Of a DNA stretch of 64,000 nt, positions 58,423-64,000 are shown piece by piece. The notes under the pieces were generated by a model. It did not search any database and was not told where the DNA came from. It saw nothing but the letters and a program-made list of their open reading frames with translations. This DNA comes from a virus. The stretch lies in the IMG/VR virus record IMGVR_UViG_3300024324_000416, positions 1-64,000 of that record; one strand, given 5' to 3'. How positions within the stretch are numbered: position 1 is the stretch's first letter; every line of letters begins with the position of its first letter. A program made the position numbers and the translations under genes.

Positions 58423-59417
58423 TGAGTGTAGAGGCAGTTCTCGCACAACTAAACCCAAAGATGCGACAAGCAATTAACTTTGGTAGTGACATTCAGTATG
58501 ACCGTCAGCCCTTGCCTAGCCATGCTTTGACTCGTGCCCTCAATGGTGGGTTGCCTTATGGTAGGCAGTCCCTCATCTGGGGCAGTAAGAGTGCTGCTAA
58601 GTCTTCCCTGTGTCTACAGATCGTAAGTATGGCTCAGGAGGCAGGCAAGTCCTGTGCTTGGATCGACGCAGAGCAATCGTTCGATCCATCCTGGGCACAC
58701 AAGTTGGGGGTAGATGAAAAAAACCTCATCGTATCAGAAGCAAAGACAACTAATGATATGGCAAACACAGGCACAGACCTTATGAAGGCAGGCATTGATG
58801 TGTTGGTTGTTGACTCTATCTCTGCTCTCCTACCCGCCATCTACTTTGAGAAGGGTAATGAAGAGTTGAAAGACTTGGAGAACACAAAGCAGATTGGTGC
58901 TGAGTCAAAGGATATGGGCAACGCAGTAAAGATGCTGAACTACGCTAATAAGAAGACACTACTTATTCTTATCTCACAACAGCGTAATCAGATCTCTGCC
59001 ATGTACACACAGTTGCAACCCACAGGTGGTCAGGCAACTAAGTTTTATTCATCTGTTGTTATCAAACTATTCTCTTCTGAGTCGCAGAAGCAAGCACTAG
59101 AAAAGAAGATCCAGATTGGAGACAAACTAATCAATGAGGTTGTTGGTCGTAAGATCATCTGGGACGTTCAGTTTTCTAAGACCTCACCCCCATTCCAGCA
59201 GGGAGAGTATGACTTCTACTTCCGTGGTGATTCTATCGGAATCGACATTATTGGTGACCTTGTAGATCTATCAGTTAACATGGGCATCATCGAAAAGGGT
59301 GGTGCATGGTACACCTGTGAAGGCGAACGGTATCAAGGACGAGACAACCTTATCGCAGGAGTGCGTGAAGACCTAGACGTACAAGACACCTTGATTGCCA
59401 AGGTACGAGATGCCTAA
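58422..59417 (+). CDS. recA: RecA-like recombinase
   Basis: GGLPYGR, WIDAE, VVDSI, PTGG, KGGAWY, QGRD. Confidence 0.9.
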   Translation: MSVEAVLAQLNPKMRQAINFGSDIQYDRQPLPSHALTRALNGGLPYGRQSLIWGSKSAAKSSLCLQIVSMAQEAGKSCAWIDAEQSFDPSWAHKLGVDEKNLIVSEAKTTNDMANTGTDLMKAGIDVLVVDSISALLPAIYFEKGNEELKDLENTKQIGAESKDMGNAVKMLNYANKKTLLILISQQRNQISAMYTQLQPTGGQATKFYSSVVIKLFSSESQKQALEKKIQIGDKLINEVVGRKIIWDVQFSKTSPPFQQGEYDFYFRGDSIGIDIIGDLVDLSVNMGIIEKGGAWYTCEGERYQGRDNLIAGVREDLDVQDTLIAKVRDA

Positions 59418-59550
59418 ATTTAATGTGTACGAAGGACAATTCATTTGCTATGAGTGTAAGGGCACAGTCCCTACAGCACGCTTCTGGACTAAGAAATACT
59501 TGCTCTCTTGGAAGTGCAAGTGTGGTCACGTTAGTGAGGTGAACTTATGA
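59410..59550 (+). CDS. 46-aa Zn-ribbon protein, not in ORF track
   Basis: MPKFNVYEGQFICYECKGTVPTARFWTKKYLLSWKCKCGHVSEVNL*. Confidence 0.7.
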   Translation: MPKFNVYEGQFICYECKGTVPTARFWTKKYLLSWKCKCGHVSEVNL

Positions 59551-59723
59551 GTGAAGGGATACTAAAGGTTACAGAGTCAGGGACATACACATTGTGTGAG
59601 GTCTGTGGTTTTATCAGATCTGATATGTCCCCCGATAATCATGTGAGGGTGGTGCATCATGGTCTTCCTCCCGAAGACATTCTACCCCAAAGCAAAAGTA
59701 AAACTTTGGAGCGAAAGGGTTGA
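59547..59723 (+). CDS. 58-aa C2H2-like Zn-finger protein, not in ORF track
   Basis: ATGA overlap, RBS GAGGTG; CEVC-x11-H-x4-H. Confidence 0.6.
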   Translation: MSEGILKVTESGTYTLCEVCGFIRSDMSPDNHVRVVHHGLPPEDILPQSKSKTLERKG

Positions 59724-59726
59724 GAA

Positions 59727-60044
59727 GTGGTAGATTATAATAAACGAGAAGCATCAGAAGCAAAACGTATGGGAGCAAAACTTCATAAAAATTCGGGAAG
59801 AGGGATGAAAAAAGGCGACGGCACATGGAAAAGATTCCTAGTCGATTGGAAGTTTGCTAAGAAGTCCTTTACTTTAAATAAAGATGTATGGTCTAAGGTA
59901 GTAACAGACACACTAAAGTCAGATAGAGAAAAGAATCCTGCACTCATCATTGTGCTAGGAGAAGGCAACGACATTGTTCGACTAGCAATTATAGAACAAG
60001 AAGTGCTTGAACAACTTGACACAGACAATAGCGATATGGTATAA
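59727..60044 (+). CDS. Holliday junction resolvase-like PD-(D/E)xK nuclease
   Basis: NSGRG..KGD...VDWK...KSF. Confidence 0.65.
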   Translation: MVDYNKREASEAKRMGAKLHKNSGRGMKKGDGTWKRFLVDWKFAKKSFTLNKDVWSKVVTDTLKSDREKNPALIIVLGEGNDIVRLAIIEQEVLEQLDTDNSDMV

Positions 60045-60045
60045 T
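60016..60045 (+). promoter_or_regulatory. TTGACA-18-TATAAT promoter containing upstream stop
   Basis: -35 at 60016-60021; TATGGTATAAT 60035-60045 read as ATG GTA TAA. Confidence 0.8.
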
Positions 60046-60070
60046 ATATCTAACAACAGAGAGGCTTGTA

Positions 60071-60394
60071 ATGAGCGACAGCGTAATAGAGTTGGTAAAC
60101 GAAGTATCAGAGTTTACTGATATTGCCGACTACATGAATGACGATGCACTTACAGAGGTGCTGGCAACTATTGTAAAACTAATAGCACAGCCAGACATTC
60201 CTGCAACTGCTGCTATTCCACTTATCATTAGGTTGGAAGCGTGGGCGGCTGCGTTCAACATGCAAGCAAGTTATTACACGAACATTGACAAAAGTGATCG
60301 TGCTAGGAAGAATCTTTATTATTCAATCACCGACTCCACACGCCGTCTTGTCGATGCTTTGAAGTATACGACAAGGAATGGTTATCGTGGCTAA
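60071..60394 (+). CDS. Hypothetical protein
   Basis: RBS GAGG; helical. Confidence 0.65.
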   Translation: MSDSVIELVNEVSEFTDIADYMNDDALTEVLATIVKLIAQPDIPATAAIPLIIRLEAWAAAFNMQASYYTNIDKSDRARKNLYYSITDSTRRLVDALKYTTRNGYRG

Positions 60395-61181
60395 GAACCT
60401 AATGAAGGAACTAATTGTGGCACACAAAGGAAAGTCTTGGTTAAACGCAAATGAGTTCACCAAGCGACTAGAAGAAGGATACTTGCGTCAGTTTGGAAGC
60501 AAGTTCACAACTAAGAAGACCTTTGCTCCATCAGGTCTGGCATGGAACCAGGGCGAGTGTCCTCGCTATTGGTACATCGCATTCAACGGGGCAGAGTTTG
60601 TAGATGACGAGCGTGAGGCAAAGGCAGTAGCCAACATGCAGCACGGCACAGTATCTCACGAGCGTATCCAGAAGGCACTAGATCTATCTGATATTCCCGC
60701 TGAGATGGAGGTTAAGATTCGTAATGAAGATCCTCCTATCTTTGGGTATGCTGACGGCATCCTAGATTGGGCTGGTGACGAGAATGTTGTGCTAGAGATC
60801 AAGACCATGCGTGAGGAAGGCTTTGCTAGAGTCAAGGCCGCAGGCAAGCCAAAGAAGCATCACATCTTCCAGTTGCTCGTCTACATGAAGATCCAAAAGG
60901 CAACCAGGGGCATCATCATGTATGAGTCCAAGAACGCTAATGAGTTGCTGGCTCTTCCTGTTGAGATCAATGACACCTACCGTGATTACATGGACTACCT
61001 ATGGGGTTGGCTCCGTGAGGTTAGGTCTGCCTTTGACAACGACACGTTGCCTGAAAAGAACTACCGATCAAATTCAAGGGTATGCAAGAACTGCCCAGTC
61101 AAGGCTACCTGTGATACACTTGGAGATGGAGTAATCAAAATTAAATCGTTGGAGACCGTACCAGATGCTGAAGAACTGTGA
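60387..61181 (+). CDS. Cas4-family (PD-(D/E)xK, Fe-S) exonuclease
   Basis: CPRYW, GTVSHE, GYADGI, LEIKT, QLLVYM, CKNCPVKATC. Confidence 0.85.
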   Translation: MAKNLMKELIVAHKGKSWLNANEFTKRLEEGYLRQFGSKFTTKKTFAPSGLAWNQGECPRYWYIAFNGAEFVDDEREAKAVANMQHGTVSHERIQKALDLSDIPAEMEVKIRNEDPPIFGYADGILDWAGDENVVLEIKTMREEGFARVKAAGKPKKHHIFQLLVYMKIQKATRGIIMYESKNANELLALPVEINDTYRDYMDYLWGWLREVRSAFDNDTLPEKNYRSNSRVCKNCPVKATCDTLGDGVIKIKSLETVPDAEEL

Positions 61182-61431
61182 GTGGTGTGGAAAAGACTTT
61201 GATGCTAGTGTTTCCTATCAAGTCTACTGCTCTGCTGAGTGTAGAACTACTGCAACAAAAGACAACACATCACAGAAGCAAAGAGCAAAGAAGGCAGAAG
61301 CACGAAAGAGCAAAGACCGTAGGTGTACAACCTGTGGTAAACCACTTTCAATATACAACGATGAAAACTATTGTTCCTCTTGTATCGGAAGTAAAAAAGA
61401 TTACAAGAAATTTCTAAGGAATATTAAGTGA
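61165..61431 (+). CDS. Cys-rich zinc-binding protein
   Basis: CEWC, YCSAEC, CTTC, CSSC. Confidence 0.75.
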   Translation: MLKNCEWCGKDFDASVSYQVYCSAECRTTATKDNTSQKQRAKKAEARKSKDRRCTTCGKPLSIYNDENYCSSCIGSKKDYKKFLRNIK

Positions 61432-61985
61432 CACCTTTTCTGTCTGTTGACTCCTCTACGCAGTCCTTAGCATTTGCTATCTGGACTAAACGACTTGAGG
61501 CTTGGGGAAAGATTGTATTTAAGCATGAGGCAAAGGGCATCTACGATAAGGTGGGAGTCATAGGGAAAAAGACAGGAGCGTTCACTAATGAACTTCTGGA
61601 AACCTGGGACATAACTAGAATGATAATTGAAAAGCCTATCTTTGCCAACAGTCCTATGACTGCTGCTAACCTGGCCCTTGCACAAGGCTCTCTCGTAGGT
61701 GCTGCGCTGGTTTCAGGTGTTAAGGAGGTAGTTGGGGTAGAGCCGATTACCTGGGCCGCACACATCGGCAACGCAAATTTAAATAAGAAAGAAAAGGAAC
61801 AGATCAAGTTGGACTTTCCAGGGCAGTCAGCAAACTGGTATAAGACTAAACAAAGAGATTTCCGCAAGCAACGCACTATGGACTATGTAAATAATAGATT
61901 TGGAATAGATATTAAAGATAATGACGTAGGGGACGCTATCGGCATCGGATGTTGGGCGTTGGATAAAGGAATGTTTGACAAATAG
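61428..61985 (+). CDS. RuvC-like resolvase
   Basis: LSVDSST, IIEKP, DNDVGDAIGIG. Confidence 0.8.
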   Translation: MTPFLSVDSSTQSLAFAIWTKRLEAWGKIVFKHEAKGIYDKVGVIGKKTGAFTNELLETWDITRMIIEKPIFANSPMTAANLALAQGSLVGAALVSGVKEVVGVEPITWAAHIGNANLNKKEKEQIKLDFPGQSANWYKTKQRDFRKQRTMDYVNNRFGIDIKDNDVGDAIGIGCWALDKGMFDK

Positions 61986-62003
61986 GACGATTTAAGGTAT
62001 AAT
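61975..62003 (+). promoter_or_regulatory. TTGACA-17-TATAAT promoter, leaderless start
   Basis: -35 at 61975-61980, -10 at 61998-62003, 6 nt to ATG 62010. Confidence 0.9.
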
Positions 62004-62009
62004 AGAGAC

Positions 62010-62168
62010 ATGAGTAAAGGCCACAGCGTTGGACTACACAATAATAAGGCGTGGTTATTTAAGAGGTATTGTGTTGATAAGAAAGCAGTCAAAGCAATAG
62101 CAAAAGAGGCAGGTGTGAGCGAAGTAAGTGTTTATGCCTCTATCAAGAAGATGGGATTAAAGAGATGA
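62010..62168 (+). CDS. 52-aa HTH protein, not in ORF track
   Basis: MSKGHSVGLHNNKAWLFKRYCVDKKAVKAIAKEAGVSEVSVYASIKKMGLKR*; ATGA overlap with next gene. Confidence 0.75.
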   Translation: MSKGHSVGLHNNKAWLFKRYCVDKKAVKAIAKEAGVSEVSVYASIKKMGLKR

Positions 62169-62779
62169 TACAGGAAGTTCTTTCGTATAAAGAAACCTTG
62201 ACTCTAGATGAGATCAAGGGAAATGTTTTTGTTATTGATGACTTCCTTGCTCCCATTGATGCTGAATTTCTTATGCGTGCCATGTTTGATTGGGATCACT
62301 TCCCTTGGTACATGGTTCCCCGTGACGTTGCGGGGGTAGGAGAGTATGTAGAAAATCCAGACCCAAGAGATATGTATTTTAAGCATGACTTCTTTAACTC
62401 CCACTTTAATGTTTCTCCCACCATTCGCCTCATGGCACCATTTGTAGAGAAGTTGGTTCCTCGTGCCATCTCACGCATCCGTGCAAATGTATATGCAGCG
62501 AGGGAGGAGCCATTTCAGTTTGGCTTCCACACCGACTACGACGATATTGCAACGGCAGTTTACTATGTAAACACTAATAACGGTGCTACTCTGTTTGAGA
62601 GTGGTGACAGCGTTGAGTCCAAGCAAGGCAGGCTGGTGTTGTTTGATTCTAATCTAAAGCACACTACAAGGAACCATACAGATATTTCGTCAAGGATGTT
62701 GATTAACTTTAACTATGTGCCCTGCTCAAAGAAATTTGATGTAGGCCCAGGAACCTACAAAGAAATTAATTATGGATAA
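62165..62779 (+). CDS. 2OG-Fe(II) oxygenase superfamily protein
   Basis: VIDDFL, HTD, YYVNTNNG.T, RLVLFDS..KH, RMLINFNY. Confidence 0.8.
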   Translation: MIQEVLSYKETLTLDEIKGNVFVIDDFLAPIDAEFLMRAMFDWDHFPWYMVPRDVAGVGEYVENPDPRDMYFKHDFFNSHFNVSPTIRLMAPFVEKLVPRAISRIRANVYAAREEPFQFGFHTDYDDIATAVYYVNTNNGATLFESGDSVESKQGRLVLFDSNLKHTTRNHTDISSRMLINFNYVPCSKKFDVGPGTYKEINYG

Positions 62780-63155
62780 TACTATTGACCTACCAACAAA
62801 ACTAAACCAACAGAAGAAACTAGAGGAAGAGATCAATGTGCTAAATAAGAAGGTAGATGACTACACAGAACAGGTTGCTCTCGTAGACCTCATCGCTAAC
62901 GCACCATCAGGGCCAGCCATCTCTGTTGCCTGTGACCAAATCAAGCGTCTGTTGCTTGAGAAGAATGTAGCATACGGCGACTCTGCCCTATCCCCTATCC
63001 AGATCTTTGCAAAAGCGGGGGCACAAGAAGGTATCGCCAACCGCATTGATGACAAACTAAATAGGATTAAGAACAATCAAACTTATGTTGGAGACAATGA
63101 CCTTGACGATTTGATTGGCTACCTTATCCTTTATAAGATTTCTCAATCTAACTAA
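62772..63155 (+). CDS. Nucleotide-modification-associated domain 1 (DUF1599-like) protein
   Basis: LLEKNVAYGDS...RIDDKLNRI...DLIGYLIL. Confidence 0.6.
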   Translation: MDNTIDLPTKLNQQKKLEEEINVLNKKVDDYTEQVALVDLIANAPSGPAISVACDQIKRLLLEKNVAYGDSALSPIQIFAKAGAQEGIANRIDDKLNRIKNNQTYVGDNDLDDLIGYLILYKISQSN

Positions 63156-63159
63156 TCTA

Positions 63160-63188
63160 TTGACAATTCGTTACCATTCTGGTATAAT
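63160..63188 (+). promoter_or_regulatory. TTGACA-17-TATAAT promoter with extended -10
   Basis: -35 at 63160-63165, TGGTATAAT ending 63188. Confidence 0.9.
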
Positions 63189-63216
63189 AGATATTACCTA
63201 CTAACAAAGGAAAGTA

Positions 63217-63528
63217 ATGGCTAAGAGAATCAGGCGGTCCAAGTTCGTCCAGCAACACGATCAACTAAATACTCATTGGGTGACAACCCCATCCTATCAG
63301 GTGTCCGAACGTCGGACGTTAGAGCCTGGTGATGAGATCAAGATTACTGAGGTGTGGGGCACTCGCTTCCGTTTTGTGCGGCACGTTTACAATCCAAAGA
63401 CAGAGACAGAGTGGATTGATTGCGTCGAACTACACAAGGGGCAGTATGCCCAGCAGAGGTCATTCCGACCAGAGCGTATCAAGGTTCTGCCTAAGAAGCG
63501 TAAGAAGAAGCAAAAAGAGACACAATAG
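63217..63528 (+). CDS. Hypothetical basic protein (SH3-like)
   Basis: RBS AAGGA; LEPGDEIKI...FRF...EWIDC...RSFRPERIK. Confidence 0.65.
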   Translation: MAKRIRRSKFVQQHDQLNTHWVTTPSYQVSERRTLEPGDEIKITEVWGTRFRFVRHVYNPKTETEWIDCVELHKGQYAQQRSFRPERIKVLPKKRKKKQKETQ

Positions 63529-63559
63529 TGTGATACAATATAAAGGTTGTTTCGACAAC

Positions 63560-63593
63560 AGGGCACGACTCAAAAGGTCGTGCTCTTTTATTT
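63560..63593 (+). terminator. Rho-independent terminator
   Basis: AGGGCACGAC-TCAAAAG-GTCGTGCTCT-TTTATTT. Confidence 0.8.
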
Positions 63594-63621
63594 ACACTAA
63601 AGAATAACAAGGAGAACGACA

Positions 63622-64000
63622 ATGAATAAGATTAAACAAACGGCTGGGGTAATAGTATCAACTGCTCTCATAGCAGCAGCAGTGGCGTTACCAGCAGCAG
63701 CAGCAGTTCCTATGGATGACGCAAAAGCGGCGGTAGGCGGATCGAACGTAGATGACGGAGAAGATGGCTGGATGGACTACCCAAGTGTTGTTCAAAAGGG
63801 TGAGAAGTATTTCCCAACAGCGGTATCATTTTATCAAGGCCCAGAGTATAAGGAAAAATGGAATAAATGTCGGCTGCATATTCGGCAGAGGGAGTCTCGC
63901 AATGTGTATGGGGCACTAAACCACAGCGGGAAATACAAAGGTGCATATCAAATGTCACCTGAGTTCTCTGTTGGTGCTGGCTGGCGGATACAAAAGAGTA
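63622..64000 (+). CDS. Secreted lysozyme-like transglycosylase (Rpf/SceD-like), truncated by window end
   Basis: RBS AAGGAG; signal peptide; CRLHIRQRES...Y.A.N.SGKYKGAYQM. Confidence 0.7.
   Translation, partial: MNKIKQTAGVIVSTALIAAAVALPAAAAVPMDDAKAAVGGSNVDDGEDGWMDYPSVVQKGEKYFPTAVSFYQGPEYKEKWNKCRLHIRQRESRNVYGALNHSGKYKGAYQMSPEFSVGAGWRIQKS

Noticed and set aside
60387-61181. Cas4-like gene as a CRISPR-Cas system
   Set aside because: No cas1/cas2 and no repeat-spacer array; solo Cas4-like nucleases are common in phage replication modules
1875-63958. Minus-strand and alternate-frame ORFs in the track
   Set aside because: Shadows of long + strand genes, with no motifs, RBS or promoters
1-64000. 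Stop-codon reassignment
   Set aside because: Core genes are full length under code 11 and TAA, TGA and TAG all end genes at sensible positions
1-64000. tRNA or rRNA genes
   Set aside because: No cloverleaf or T-loop signature seen in the few intergenic gaps

Overview
A 64 kb segment of a large tailed dsDNA phage genome with siphovirus-type architecture; all credible genes are on the + strand. The gene set and order resemble large actinobacteriophages such as the Streptomyces BE/BK-like and freshwater actinophage groups (inference). The set comprises portal, protease, major capsid, neck, major tail, frameshifted chaperone, a 2495-aa tape measure, DnaB, primase, SSB, DnaE, RecA, Cas4-like and RuvC-like nucleases, and class II RNR. 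Layout: 0.1-7.6 kb secreted subtilisin, His-rich fibre, glycoside hydrolase and a three-enzyme lysis cluster; 7.8-19.4 kb an array of fibre/adhesin cassettes; 19.5-22.2 kb RNR; 22.3-49.7 kb virion morphogenesis; 49.7-64 kb replication/recombination and a truncated Rpf/lysozyme-like gene. Most striking patterns: (1) about 22 copies of an extended -10 promoter (T[GA]TGGTATAAT) that often contains the upstream stop codon and often gives leaderless mRNAs. (2) An apparent plug-and-socket fibre system built from unannotated microproteins (two MGWVSQTSYIY paralogs) and shared docking peptides. (3) Three lysins with one shared C-terminal domain, two of them preceded by acidic micro-ORFs. (4) Apparent avoidance of AGCT and CCGG. 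All calls come from reading motifs by eye; no searches were run.
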